From assembly GCF_963921235.1 (NCBI RefSeq), contig NC_086097.1:143842001-143906000 (forward strand): a stretch of 64,000 bases of DNA, given 5' to 3'. The stretch comes from Mobula hypostoma (taxonomy: Eukaryota). Under the pieces are notes generated by a model. The model saw nothing but the letters and a program-made list of their open reading frames with translations, made no database searches and was not told the DNA's origin. This document shows, piece after piece, positions 13,401 through 28,382 of the stretch (within the stretch, counting starts at the first letter, position 1; the number at the start of each line of letters is the position of its first letter). The translations under genes were made by a program, and so were the position numbers.

Positions 13401-16400
13401 TTGCAGCCAGCAGAGTGAGTATCAGTGCATTAGAGACGCAGAATCAAAAAGAGTAGCAAATACTGTACTCAAAGTGTTATAATTCAATCATGTAGTATAA
13501 GAAATAAAGTGGATGATCTTTTTGCACGATTACAGATTGTCAGATATGATGTTTTAATCATCACTGAATTATGACTGAAGGATGGTTGCAGTTGGGAGCT
13601 GAATGTCCAAGGTTACACATTGTATCAGAGGATAGGAAGGTAGGCAGAGGGGGTGGCATGGCTCTGCTGGTAAAGAATGGCATCGAATCAGTAGAAAGAT
13701 GTGACATAGGATCAGAAGATGTTGAATCCTTGTGGGTTGAGTTAAGAAACTGCAAGGGTAAAAGGACCCTGATGGCAGCTATATACAGGCCTCCCAACAG
13801 TAGCAGGGATGTGGATCACAGATTACAACAGGAAATGGAAAAGGCATATCAAAAGGACAATAATATGATAGTCATGGGAGATTTTAATATGCAGGTTGAT
13901 TAGGAAAATCAGATTGGTAATGGATCTCAAGAGCGACTTAGCTAAATGCCTACAAGATGGCTTTTTAGAGCAGTTTGTCATTGAGCCTACAAGGGGATCA
14001 GGTATGCTAGATTGGGTGTGATGCAATGAACCAGAGGTGATCAGGGAGCTTAAGGTAAAAGAACTCTGAGGAGGTTGTGATCACAATATGATTGAGTTCA
14101 ACTTGAAATTCGATAGGGAGAAAGTAAAGTCTGACGTAGCAGGATTTCCGTGGAGTAAAGGAAATTACAGTGGTATGAGAGGAGTTGGCCAAAGTAATTT
14201 GGAAGGAGATGCTGGCAGGGATGACAGCAGAGCAGCAATGGCATGAGTTTCTGGGAAAAATGAGGTAGGCGCAGATAGATGTTTCCAAAAATGAAGAAAT
14301 ACTCAAATGGCCAAATAGTACAACCATGGCTAACAAGGGAAATCAAAGCTAACATAAAAGCAAAAGAGAGGGTATTCAACAGAGCAAAAATTAATGAGAA
14401 GATAGAGGATTAACAAGCTTTATTTACTGGGTGACTGAGTAGTCTTTGGGGTACTGCAAGTCTATCTCTTTATTGATACTTTGTGGCATAGTTGAGTGCT
14501 CAGTGGGGGGTGCTGATGCTTTTGCTGGTGGGGGAGGAAGATCCTTTGCTGCTGCTTATGTGTGGGGGGGGAGCTGGGATGGGGCTTTGGGGTTCTAGTA
14601 TTTAACTGTCGTTCATTCTTTGGGGCACTCCTCTGTTTTCGTGGATGGTTGTGAAGAAAAAGCATTTCAGGATGTATATTGTATACATTTCTCTGACATT
14701 AAATGTACCTTCAAAACCTTTTAAAAACCTACAGAGAGCAACTAAAAGAATCATTGGGGGGAGAAGATGAAATATGAAAGCAAGCTAGCAAACAATATCA
14801 GAGTGGATAGTAAAAGTTTTTTCAAGTATGTAAAAAATAGAGTTGAGAGTGGGTATAGGATCATTAGAAAATGAGGCTGGAGAAATAATAACGGGGTCAA
14901 GGAGATGGCTGATGAACTAAATGAGTATATTGCATCAGCCTTCACTGTGGAAGACACTAGCAGTATGCCTGATGTTGAAGGGTGTGAGGGAAGAGAAGTG
15001 AGTGCAGTTACTATTACAAGGGAGAAGGTGCTCAAAAAGCTGAAAGACCTAGGGGTACATTAGTCACCCAGACCAGATGAACTCCACCCTAGGGTTCTTA
15101 AAAAGGTAGCAGTGAGATTGTGGAGGCATTAGTAATGATCTTTCAAAAATCATTGGACTCTGGCATGGTGCCAGAGGACTGGAAAATTGCAAATGTCACT
15201 CCACTCTTTAAGAAAGGAGGAGAGCAGCAGAAACAAAATTGTAGACCAGTTAGTCTGACCTCAGCGGTTGGGAAGATGTTGGAGTTAATTGTTAAGGAAT
15301 ACTTCGTGACACAGGACAAGATAGGACAAAGTCAGCATGGCTTCTTTAAGGGAAAATCTTGACTGATGAAACTGTTGGAATTCTTTGAGGAGATTACAAG
15401 TAAGATAGATAAAGGAGATGCAGTGGATGTTGTATATTTGGACTTACAGAAGGCCTTTGACAGAGTGCCACACACGAGGCTGCTTACCAAGATAAGAGCC
15501 CATGGTATTACAAGAAAGTTACTAACATGGTTAAACATTGGCTGTTTGGTAGGAGGCAGTTAGTATGAATAAAAGGATCCTTTTCTGGTTGGTTGCCAGT
15601 GACTAGTGGTGTTCTGCAAGGGTCGGTGTTAGATCCACTTCTTTTTATGTTATATATCAATGATTTAGATGATGGAATAGATGGCTTTGCTGTCATGTTT
15701 GCAGATCATACGAAGATTGATGGAGGGGCAGGTAGTGTTGAGGAAACAGATAGGGTGCAGAAGGACTTAGACAGATTAGGAGAATGGGCAAGAAAGTGGT
15801 AAATGAAATGCAATGTTGAAAAATGCATGGTCATGCACTTTGGTAGTAGAAATAAATGTGCGGATTATTTTCTAAACAGGGAGAAAATCCAAAAATCTGA
15901 GATGCAAAGGGAGTCCTTGAACAGAACACCACAAAGGTTAACTTGCAGGTTGAGTTGGTGGTGAGGAAAGCAAATGCAATGTTAGCATTCACTTCAAGAG
16001 GTCTAGAATACAAGAGCAAGGATGTGATGCTGAGCCTTTATAAGGCACTGGTGAGGCCTCACCTTGAGCATTGTGAATGGTTTTGGTTTCCTCATCTAAG
16101 AAAAGATGTGCTGGCATTGAAGAGGGTTCAAATGAGGTTTAGAAGAATGATTATGGGAATGAAAGGGTTATCATACAAGTAATGTTTGATAACTCTGGGT
16201 CTGTACTGGCTGGAATTTAGAAGGATGAGGGGTGACCGCAGTGAAACTTCTTGCATATTGAAAGACCTAGACAGAGTAGATGTTGGGAGGATGTTTCCCA
16301 TGGTGTGGGCATCTAGGACAAAAGGGCACAGCCTCAGGTTAGAGGGGTGTTCACTTAAAATAGATGCAGAGAAATTTCTTCAGCCAGAGGGTGGTGAACT

Positions 16401-19400
16401 TGTGGAGTTTTTTTACCACAAGAAGTTGTGGAGGCCAGGCCGTTGGGTGTATTAAGGCAGAGCTTGATAGGTTCTTGATTGGACACAATGTTGAAGGTTA
16501 TGGGGAGAAGGCTGGAGAGTGGGACTGAGGAAGGGAAAAAAGGATCAGCTATGATTGAATGGTGGAACAGACTCAATGGGCCAAATGGCCTAATTCTGCT
16601 CCTATGTCTTATGGTCTTACGGTCTTATGGAGTATTATGTGTAGTTCTAGACACCAAATTTCCAGAATAATATATATGATTAAGCTAGACAACATGTAGA
16701 AAAGATTCACAAAGATGTTGCCTGGAATTGGGAGTTTGAGTTATCAGGTCTATCTGTCAGCTACCAAGATTTTTTTGCTACATAGCTTTTGTTATGAAAT
16801 TGTCTACCGGCTACACCTTTGTAATGCAGCAGTGTTTAGTCTGGTCCTGCCTGGGTTTGTCGTCATCTTTCTCTATCCCACAGGCAATTTATGAGCGTCT
16901 CTTTTGTTGGATTGTGGACCACATCAACACCGTCATTGCAGTAAAGGGTTATGATCCACGTATTCATGGCAAGAACACTGTAATTGGAGTTCTGGATATC
17001 TATGGGTTTGAGATCTTTGACAGCAACAGGTAAAGAACCCACTGTTACCTGCTGAAATGGTGCTGCACATGATTACAGCTGACTTCATAACACTTCCAGG
17101 TTTAAAAGCATTTTGCGTCTTGACATTGATTCTATGACAAAGTACTGACAGGAATTTTTGGTTGAGAAATCCTGACCTTGCAGAATTGTCATTCATAAAT
17201 TTTATAAAAAATAATTTTGTTCATAAACTTAAAAATAATTAATCAAATGATAATCTAATATCAATGCCTATAGCAAATGGAAGTGACCACTGGAAACTGG
17301 TATAAATGCTGTGTTAAGAAAAGCATAGCAAAAGTTCAAGCCTGGTCTAATGACTGGTAAATTAATTTTGCTATTCACAAGTGCTAGGCAGTACTGTACC
17401 ACTGGGCCAATCAATATCTATATCCTAGAAATTACTATTGATAAAGTTAGCCAGGCCAGCAGCAGTGTGGTTCAAATAGAAGTCCGAGTTTATGTACTCT
17501 GAGTCAACTTATTATTCAGTTAGTGCTGTTAACATAATAAGACATCCCAGGACACTTTTGGAGTACAGTGATAGCGTCAGATGAGGCAGCATTTAGCCAA
17601 ATCTGTAAGTTTAAAGAGCATTTACAAGAGGTGAGAGAGCTGAAAGGCAGAGTGACTTCCATAGAAAATTTCAGAGAGCATTGACATTGTTGCCCATGGC
17701 AAGGAGAAATACGTAGGTGATGGACTGGATGAAAGACACAAGAGTTCACAGACGACTGTAAAAGTTACTGAATTGAACTGAGGTGATACAAGGGGGAGAA
17801 GATTAATAGCAAAACATTTAAGAAACAGTGGCCAATGTCATTTAAACCATAAGACTATAAGATATCGGAGCAGAATTAGGCCATTTGGCCCTTTGAATCT
17901 GTTCTGCCATTTCATCATGGCTGATCCAATTTTCCTCTCAGCCCCAGTCTCTGGCCTTCTCCCCATATCTCCTCATGCTCTGACCAATCAAGAATCTATC
18001 AGCCTCTGCCCTAAATATACACAAAGACTTGACCTCCACAGTTGCCTGCGGCAAAGAATTCCAGATTCACCACTCTTTGGCTAAAGAAATTCCTCCTCAC
18101 TTCTGTTCGAAAAAGACACCCCTCCATTCTGAGGCTGTGTTCTTTGGTCTTAAACTCTCCCACTATAGGAAACATCCTCTCCACATCCACTCCAGCAAGG
18201 CTTTTCCCCATTCAATAGGTTTCAGTGAGGTCACCCTTCATTCAGTTGGCCAGCTCAAGAGTGATTTGTGAAAGACTTAAGTTAGAACAGAGGCTTTAGA
18301 GCTTTGGATAAACAAAAGCTGATGGAGAATAGAAGAAGAGAGAACATGTGGTATGACCACGTGCATGATGTGCATTTAACATGAAGTAACAGAATGAGTG
18401 AAGGCAGGTGACATAGCAGATTATGACGGGTATCGATAGGGTTAATGCAAGGAAGCTTTTTCCACTGAGGTTGGGTGAGACTAGGAGTAGAAGTTCTGAG
18501 TTAAAGGTGAAGGGTGAAATGTTTAAGGGGAACATGAGGGGGAACTTCTTGACTCAGAGGGTGGTGAGAGTGTGGTACAAGCTGCCAAAAGAAGTGGTGG
18601 ATGCAAGTTAGGTACATAGATGGGAAGGGCATGGAGGGCTATGGTCCAGGTGAAAATTGACGGGACTAGACAGATTAAGAGTTTGGCACAGGCTAGCTGA
18701 GCTGAAGGGCTTGCTTCTGTTCTGTAGAGTTCTATGACTCCATGATTTTATGACAAAGTGAGCCTTTAAGTGGTCTTGGAGATCTAACCTTTATTCCCCC
18801 CAATGGGAATAAGCTGGATTTGATGTACAAATGCACGCTAAGTGCTTATTGATTGTTTGGATCTTCCCACAGTTTTGAGCAATTCTGTATAAACTACTGC
18901 AATGAGAAGCTTCAACAACTCTTCATTGAACTGATCCTGCGACAGGAGCAAGCAGAATACCAGAGAGAGGGGATCGAGTGGCAGCATGTAAGTTACTCCA
19001 GAACGGAGAGCAACTCTGGGGAATGAAGACATGAGAAGGTCAAATGTGTTGGAGTCCTGGAGTCTCAGGGGTATGGTGACATAAAGCCTATGTCTTAGAA
19101 AATCAGAGTGCCGGATAATTAACTGGAAAATAAGCTTAAATCTCATCATATCAATTCAGGAATTTAATTTCAGCTAATAAAGTAAATCTGAGGTTAAAAA
19201 CAAATATGTTCAATAACTATGCTGTTCAAATTCACCTGGTTCACTAATAGTTCTTATGGGAGGAGACCTGCAATTTTTTTCTGAACTGGGCTCTACGTAA
19301 CTCCAGACCTACAACAATATAGTTAACTTTTAATTCCCTTCAGAACTGGTCTATCAAAGCATTGTGTCAAAGCTGCTGGACGCGAAGAAGGAATTTCTGT

Positions 19401-22400
19401 AGAAGAAAGCTCATTGCTATCTTTGGAAATGAAATAATAATATCTTGCCAATGAACAGTGATGCAATTATTCCCATTTACCATGTCTGGATTAGCTCCTT
19501 GGGTTGGCACTGTATAAGTAATCCAAAGATGGGAGGTTCGTGAATGGCTGTTGACAATTGCTTTCCTTTCACCCCTTTCCCTTTCCAGGTTGACTACTTC
19601 AACAATCAGATCATTGTGGATCTAGTGGAGCAGCCACACAAGGGAGTCATTGCTATCCTAGACGAGGCCTGTATGAATGTGGGGAAGGTGACAGATACCA
19701 TGTTGGTGGACACCATGGATACCAAGCTGGGCAAACATGCTCACTACACCAGCAGAAAGGTAGGACACTATCGGAAGATAGTACCGAAGTCAGGAAATGT
19801 ATAACATAGAAACAGGCTGTGAGTCAAGTTGCCAAGGCAAAGAAACACCAGGCTGGTGCACAGATGCAGAGATTTTCCCCATTATGCTAATCATTAGGAT
19901 TCATGTGAGTCAAGTACACAATGATAGTGGTGTTCCCTCACACTCAGGTTTCTCGTACTGTGGGGTGGATCTCAGTCACTCAGAAGATGTCTGCAAGAGC
20001 ACTTCCCAACCTGTGACATGAACAACCAAAAAGCTCCCAAAAGACAACATTGAAGGGTGAGAAGCAGCAGATCATTAGCTCAGTAACTGGTCCAACATTG
20101 ACATGGGCATGTACTGCCACTGTACAAATTGCCACAGCTTGACAAAACTAAACACAACTAATTCCCAGATGAAATGACATTGGGCATTTTTGGGACTACA
20201 TTCTGCACCCAAGGGAGTAGGATTTCCTTTATCCCAGCCGTGAGTGTTATTGTCCTGGCAAGGATGTAGTTCACTTATCTTCGCCCTAACCATCCTTTTG
20301 GAAATACCACAGTCAGTGTAGCGAGGAGTGGCCCAGGATTTTGGTCCTGCGACGATGGAGGAATGCAATGTCTGTTTGATGTATAATGTAGACCAAGTTA
20401 CTGTAAGAGTCACAGCCAACGTTAGTTTTTCCATCACCTGATAGTCACAAGGGAGCTCTCTAGCAGCAGACACTGATGTCCCTATGACTGTGTGGGTTTC
20501 ATAGAAACATAGAAAACATACAGCACAATACAGGCCCTTTGGCCCATAAAGCTGTGCTGAGCATGTCCCTACTGTAGAACTACCTAGGCTTTACCCATAG
20601 CCCTCTATTTTTCTAAGCTCCATGTAGCCATCCAGGAGTCTCTTAAAAGACCCTATCGTTTCTGCCACCACCGCCGCCGCAGGCAGCCCGTTCCACGCAC
20701 TCACCGCTCTCTGCATAAAAAACTTACCCCTGACATCTCTGTACCTACTTCCAAGCACTTTAAAACTATGCCTTCTCATGCTAGCTAGCCATTTCAGCCC
20801 TGGGGAAAAGCCTCTAACTATCCACACGATCAATTATCTTATACACCTCTATCAGGTCACATCTCAATGTCTGTTGCGCCAAGGAGAAAAGGCCGAGTTC
20901 ACTCAACCTGTTCTCATAAAGCAAGGGTTAAGAAGTTGTGGGAATATTTTGTTGGCACCAGAAGCGGAACAATTCTTATGGGCTGCCCTAGCACATTCCC
21001 AACACCCTAGCACATCCTCAACACAAAGCTACATATTTCACTGTATGTTTCGATGCTTCAATGTACATAAGACAAATAAATCTTATCTCATCTAAGCTAA
21101 TCTAATGACCTGGCACTAAAGCCAAAATCATTCTTACCATTCCCAAATTGAAAGGTTCTGAGGCCTGGAACTGACAACCAACGACCCACCTGAGGTTAGG
21201 TGACACACATGAAATCTGCCAACCTCTTTCATGGAAGCATTGACTCATACAACAGAAAAATATGTCCATAGTGTCACTCAAAAGGTGCTAAACCTTGCGG
21301 TATCTAATGTTTGTGAACATTTAATCTGCAGCTGTCTCCAACTGAAAAGGATATGGAGTTCCACAAGCATTTCAGAATAAAGCATTACGCAGGACAAGTC
21401 ACGTAAGTTTCTGTTTTAATTTTGCAGGCTGGGTTGTAATGGCTGTTTATTATGATTTATTTAAGCAAGTATGTCCCAATTTCACAATTGTTTTGGGGAC
21501 TTCCCACATTAATTGGGGATTTCACACACCCAAATGGGTGAAGTCCAATTTCTAAGCAGTAGTTTCATCTGCATGGTAAAAGCCTGGCAATGTTCGCTAA
21601 AAAATCGATTGCATGAAGTGCTGACATGGGTGAACTCACCAGTTCTGGTGGATCTCTCAGTATAGATTAGTAGGGAGAAAGGGAGCAGTAAACTAAAACT
21701 GTGTTTTGTGCTTCGATTCAGGTACTCGGTGGAAGGTTTTATTGATAAGAACAAGGATACACTCTATCAGGACTTTAAACGCCTGATGTACAACAGGTGA
21801 GGACAGGACCATGCAGATCTCTGCAGTGTCTTTTTAGCTTTAATTTACAGTCTGCAACAAACAGTTGGTAAGACGGAATGTCCAATTCCCTTCTGGCTAT
21901 GTACAACTCATGTTTGGTTTGGTTTCATCCCCCATGATTAAATGAGTATTATTTTTTATTTTCTGCAAAAATATATTTTATTCTTAAATTTGCAAATAGC
22001 TAATACGGTTCATTCAAATGTTGCCATCCTCTATACAAGCCATCACTTTCTGTTTACGTTAATCAATATTTTCAATGTACTCCTTGAGCAAACAGTCTTG
22101 GGGAATTGTTTTACCGAGGTTCCAGACCCTGAGCATGCAATAGAAGCAGACCCTTAAACCTTACTTTCTGGGGTCTTGATTTTCCCAAAGCAGCTCTGTG
22201 TTTGTCTCTGCACTTCAAAGAAATTAATTGTTTAAACCATGCTGTCAAATCTTTCATTAGGATGTTTCTGAAAAAGAAATTACAGAGTTACATAATAGAA
22301 TACTCTTTTAAAAATGGAAATATCCTCCCCACATCCACTCTATCCAGGCCTTTCAATATTTGGTGAGATCCCGCCTCATTCTTTTATACTCCAGCGAGTA

Positions 22401-25400
22401 CAGGCCCAAAGCCATCAAATACATCTCATAAATTAACCCTTTCATTCCCGGAACCATTTTTGTGAACCTCCTCTCTACCCTCTCCAACGCCAGCCCACCT
22501 TTTCTTAGATAAGAGGCCCCAAAATGCTCAGAATACTCTGAGTGCGGCCTATCCAATGCCTTATAAATCCTCAGCATTACATCTTGCTTTATATTCTAGT
22601 CTTCTCAAAATGAATTCTAACATATCATTTGTCTTCCTTATCTCCGACTCACCCTGCAAGTTAACCTTTAGGGAATCCTGCACGAGGACAAATGAGTCCC
22701 TTTGCACCTGTCATTTTTTAATTTCCCCCACATTTAGAAAATTGTCTACATCTTTATTCCTCCTACCAAAGCGCATGGCCATACTCTTCATTACACTTGA
22801 TTCCACCTACCACTACTTTGCCCCATTCTTCCAATTTGTCTATGTTCTTCTGCAGACTCCTTACTTTCTCAGCTCCACCTGTCCCTCCACTTATTCTCGC
22901 ATCATCCAGTAACTTGGCCACAACGCCATCAATTCTGCTATCCAAATCATTGGTATATAACATGAAAAGAAGTGTTCCCAACATCAACCCCTGTGGAACA
23001 CCACTAGTCACCAGTAGCCAACTAGTAAAGGTCCCCCTTATTCCCATTCTTTCTCTCTCACCAGTCAGGCAAGCTTAGAGTCATAGGAAAAAAAAGCATA
23101 CAAACAGGTCCTTTGGCCCCTCTAGTCTGTGCTGAACCATTTAAACTTCCTGCTTCCATCGACCTGCACCTGGACCGTAGCCCTCCATACCGCTACCATC
23201 CACGTACCTATCCAAACTTCTCTTCATCGTCGAAATCGTGCTTGCATGGACCACCTGCACTAGCAGCTCATTTCACCCTCTGAGTGAAGAAGTTTCCCCT
23301 CATGTTCCCCTTAAACTGCTCACCTTTCACCCTTAATCCATGACTTCTAGTTGTAGTTCCACCCAACAGCAGTGGAAAAAGCCTGCTTGCATTTACCCTA
23401 TCTATACCCCTCATTATTTTGTCATCCACATTATCATTCAGATCATTAATACAGAAGACGAAATAGAACAGACCCAGCACTGATCCCTGAGTCACTCCAT
23501 TAGCTACAGGTCTCCAGTAAGAGAGGCAACTATCTACTACCACTCTCTGGCTTTCCCCACAAAGCCAACATCTAATCCAATTTACTACCTCATCTTAATG
23601 CCGAGTGACTGAACCTTCTTGACCAACCTGCAATGTGGGACTTTGTCAAATGCTTTGCTAAAGCCCATGTAGACAACATCCGCTGCCTTGCCTTCATCGA
23701 CTTTCCTGGTAACTAGGTTTCCACTTACCAAGTATACCTTTGCCAGAAAACAACATGTCTCAATCCTTACTTGCCAGATCCTTTTTGATACCATCAAATT
23801 TGGCCTTTCTCAGATCTAGAATCTCAACCCAAATTTAGAAGATGGAACCTTCTATCTGTGCTACTATCTTTCCAGTAATATCAGGGGCTCTTGTGTTGTT
23901 AAACATCCTTATGTGTGGAACCTTGTCAAAGGCCTTCTGAAAAGCCAAGTAAACAACATCCACTGGCTCTCCTTTATCCATCCTACGTGTTATTTCCTCA
24001 AAGCCAATAAATTTTTAAGTGTTGAATTCTTCAAACAGCAAAGGTTTGTAAAACAAGATTTCCCTTTAAGGCAACCATGCTGACTTTTACCTATTTTCTC
24101 TTGTGCCTCCAACTACCTTGAAACTACATCCTTAATAGTGGACGCCAACATCTTCCTGACCACTGAAATCAGGCTAACTGGCCTATAACTGGTGGACATG
24201 ATAGGGTCTTTAAAGAGACTCCTTGATAGGTACATGGAGCTTAGAAAAATAGAGGGCTATGGGTAACCCTAGGTGACTCCTAAGGTAAGGATATGTTCGG
24301 CACAGCATTGTGGGCCGAAGAGCCTGTATTGTGCTGTAGGTTTTCTATGTTTCTATCTTTCTGTAATTTCCTTTCTTCTGCCTCCCTTCCTTCTGAAAGA
24401 GTGGAGTGACACTTGCAAATTTCTTGTGCTCTGGAGCCATTCCAGAACCTAGTGATTCTTGAGGGATCATTACTAATGCTTCCGCAATCTCATCAGCTAC
24501 CTCTTTCAGAACCCTGGGGTGAAGTCCATCTGGTTCAGGTGGCTTATCAGCTTTCAAATCTTTCAGATTCCCAAGCATCTTCTCCTTAGTAATAGCAACC
24601 ACACTCGCTTCCATCCCCGATACTTGAATTTCTGACATACTGCTAGTGCCTTCCACAATGAAGATGGCTGCAAAATACTTATCAAATTTGTCCTTCATTT
24701 CTTTTTCCCCTAATACTACCTGTCCAGCATCATTTTCCAGTGGTCCGGTATCTACACTTGCCTCTCTTTTACTCTTTATGTATCTGAAAAAGAACTTTTG
24801 GTATCCTCTTTTAAAAAGGGCTGATTTCGTTGATCACCAAGTGACAGCACTTTGCTCTTTGAAGGATTCAACACTTAAAAATTTATTGGCTCGTGTACTT
24901 CCATACTTCATCTTTTCTCTCCTTACTGTTTTTTCAGTTGTCTTCTGGTGGTTTCCTAATCAGCCAACTTCCCACTAGTTTTTGCTATATTGTATGCCCT
25001 CTCTTTTCCTTTTATGCAGTCTTTGACTTCCCTTGTCAGCCATGTTTGCCCCTTTAGAATACTTCATCTTTGGGGTGTACCTATCCTGCATCTTCCAAAA
25101 GAGAATAAGAGAATGATGTTAGAGAGAAAGAAAATAAAACCATAAAGAAGACATGAATTTTAATTTGTAGGGCAAAACGTAAAAACAGACATAGAGGGAT
25201 AGAAAATTACTAAGAACCAAATGCCACATCTTTGTGAATGTGGCCGTTTGCTGAAGGAGCAAGAATGGGTAAAGTGTGTCCATCCTTAGAAAGGACTAAC
25301 CCAGATATTCAAAGGCCAGATAACATCTGTACTCAGAAAATTTTGGAGGTTTTAATCATATTTGAAATTACCATGTTTCTGGATAAAGAGAAAATAGTTA

Positions 25401-28334
25401 GAAGCAGCCAACATGATTTTCAAAATCACAAGAAACCTATAGAACTGATTGATCTGAGAGCAGATAAATTTGATTGGATCTCTTGGCTATTGAAGAGGAT
25501 AAATACCAACAGATTTAGAAAGGTCTTTTCCAGTTGTAATTTTCATGGATCACCTGGGACCATTATGGTCTTGGTTGTAAATTCAAGCTGCATCAGGAAA
25601 CCAGCATTGAGAGCCACCTCCCACACTCCTGTTCCCTGGATAACCTTCACTGTTCAGTAAACAATCAACGACACTTCAGAAAACAGTTTTATTCAGGCAC
25701 CTCATTACCTGGTCTGTAGAAAAGGACTGACTTCATCGATCACGAAGTGACAGCACTTTGCTCTTCGAAGGACTCAGCACTGGAAGATGTATGCCTACAG
25801 TTTGTGAGATCTCAAAAGAATTTATTTTTACAACTGTCCTTCTATCATGCAAATTATTCATATGGAAGGAGAGGCACAACTTCACTCACCACAACACTGA
25901 ACTGACAACTGAACACAACCTACAGATCACTTTCAAGGCCTCTACAACTCATTTTTTTCAGTATTAATTATTTACTTATTTAAAATTATTGCTTTTATTT
26001 ATTATTAGTTATTATTAGAGTTGTTTTTGTTTGCATTTCCACAGTTTGTCATCTTTTGTATATTGGTTGCTTCTCAGTCTATGTGTGCAGTTTTTCATTG
26101 ATTCTATTATATTTCTTTGATAATCTATTTCTTTGATTGTATATACTTTGATGATATATTTGCTTTGAACGTTGAACTATGGTTACAAGGTGAAATAGAC
26201 TCAATTGTAGCTAAGGGGGTCTATACACAAGCATATTGTAAGATAAATAATATTTTGGTGAAAAAGGATTTCAGTTTGGAAACTTTTATCAACTGATGTT
26301 CTTGCAAGATCCAACAGAGGGCAGCAAAACTATAAACTCTTCCTGAACAACAGGAATTCTGCAGATGCTGGAAATTCAAGCAACACACATAAAAGTTGCT
26401 GGTGAACGCAAATTCCACATCCCATTCCCATTCTGACATGTCTATCCACGGCCTCCTCTACTGTAAAGATGAAGCTACACTCAGGTTGGAGGAACAACAC
26501 CTTATATTCCGTCTGGGTAGCCTCCAACCTGATGGCATGAACATCGACTTCTCTAACTTCCGCTAATGCCCCACCTCCCCCTCGTACCCCATCTGTTACT
26601 TATTTTTATACACACATTCTTTCTCTCACTCTCCTTTTTCTCCCTCTGTCCCTTTGAATATACCCCTTGCCTATCCTCTGGGTCCCCCCCCGCTTGTCTT
26701 TCTTCCCGGACCTCCTGTCCCATGATCCTCTCATATACCTTTTGCCTATCACCTGTCCAGCTCTTGGCTCCGTCCCTCCCCCTCCTGTCTTCTCCTATCA
26801 TTTTGCATCTCCCCCTCCCCCTCCATCTTTCAAATCCCTTACTCACTCTTCCTTCAGTTAGTCCTGACGAAGGGTCTCGGCCTGAAACGTCGACTGCAAC
26901 TTTTCCTGAAAGTAACTTCAGTCTTTCTGCCCAAATTCCTCTGTAATGGGAGGAGTAGTGAATGCTGTACTCTGTAGTACTCTGTAGCAGCTCTTTATGC
27001 TGAGATGCTTAATGGGAATTTTCGCAGGATGGACAAGAAAGTTTTTGTTCACTCACCGACTGGCAAACTCCAGTCGTATTTCTGAGGTTTAGGGTGGTTT
27101 GTTTACAGCAATGTTAGTTCTGAATTTCCACTGGGATTCTTAACTTGAATGTGCACTGAATAGTTTTCTTTCAGGTCCATTAAGACCAAAAGTTAAGCAC
27201 CTCATTATTTGAGAAGTACCCAGGATTATCTTGAAGCCTTCAGAAGTGCCACATAGACACATGTCTATTTGTCATTCCTGATGCAGGGTCTCAACTTGTA
27301 ATATCAGCTACCCACAAATGCTGTTTGACCTGCTGAATTCCTCCACCAGTTTATTTTTGCTCTCTCTATTTGTGTTGCAAAACAGAGTAGTGATAGCTGC
27401 AACTGTACATAGCAACCGGCCTGTGAATCCCGGGAGTGGATGAGAAAGGGGGAAGGAACTCCTTGCTCCTAATACTGATAGATATCTCCAGCCTTGGGTA
27501 TAAGGTTTTCAACACAGTGAGCTGAAATGTTTTTTTTTTCCTGTGTTCCCAGTTTTAACCCTGTTCTGAAAGACATGTGGCCAGAAGGGGAAATGAGCAT
27601 CACAGAAGTTACGAAACGGCCCCTGACTGCTGCATCACTCTTCAAGAATTCCATGATTGCCCTTGTTGTTAACTTGGAATGCAAGGTAGGACAAGGCTGC
27701 CTGACTCTGCACAGAACCAGCATTACATATTACCACAGGGAACAAATCTGCTTTGATTGTCTTCACTCCTCTCCTTTATGTGGCAGTTTCAGGTTATGGT
27801 ACAAGTTCAGTGGGACTGTTAAACTTGCATTGAACTTAAGAAGGAGCCACACTTTATGCATGGGTAGAGGTGAAGAGGAAGAGGTCAACAGCTGTTGTCA
27901 CCATTAGCACGCATACACAGAAAGCCCAGTGACACAGTATTCATACATTATAGTCTAATATGAACAGACAGTTTGAGAAACAAAATGCATTCTCTCATTT
28001 CAGTCCCACACATACATGTGCATACAACTCAGTCATACATCCAATTGACTCACATGTTCACTCACACATCTCATTCACAAGATCACACAGCTCATTCATA
28101 CACGTGATAACTCATTCCCTTGGTTCACACAAGAATTTAACCCACCCTACACACAGCTTATTACACTTCCAATCCATATCTTTCATGTGCACACACACAA
28201 TACACACAGGCACCACACATACACACACACACACAGGCACATATGCATGTAGATACATACATACACACAGGCACACACACACACACAGGCACATATGCAT
28301 GCAGGTACATACATACACACACACGCACACACTC

Positions 28335-28382
<48 letters not shown>

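Noticed and set aside
27277..27355. Additional functional hammerhead
   Set aside because: Core decayed (CTGATGC, no GAAA); counted only as a PLE relic.
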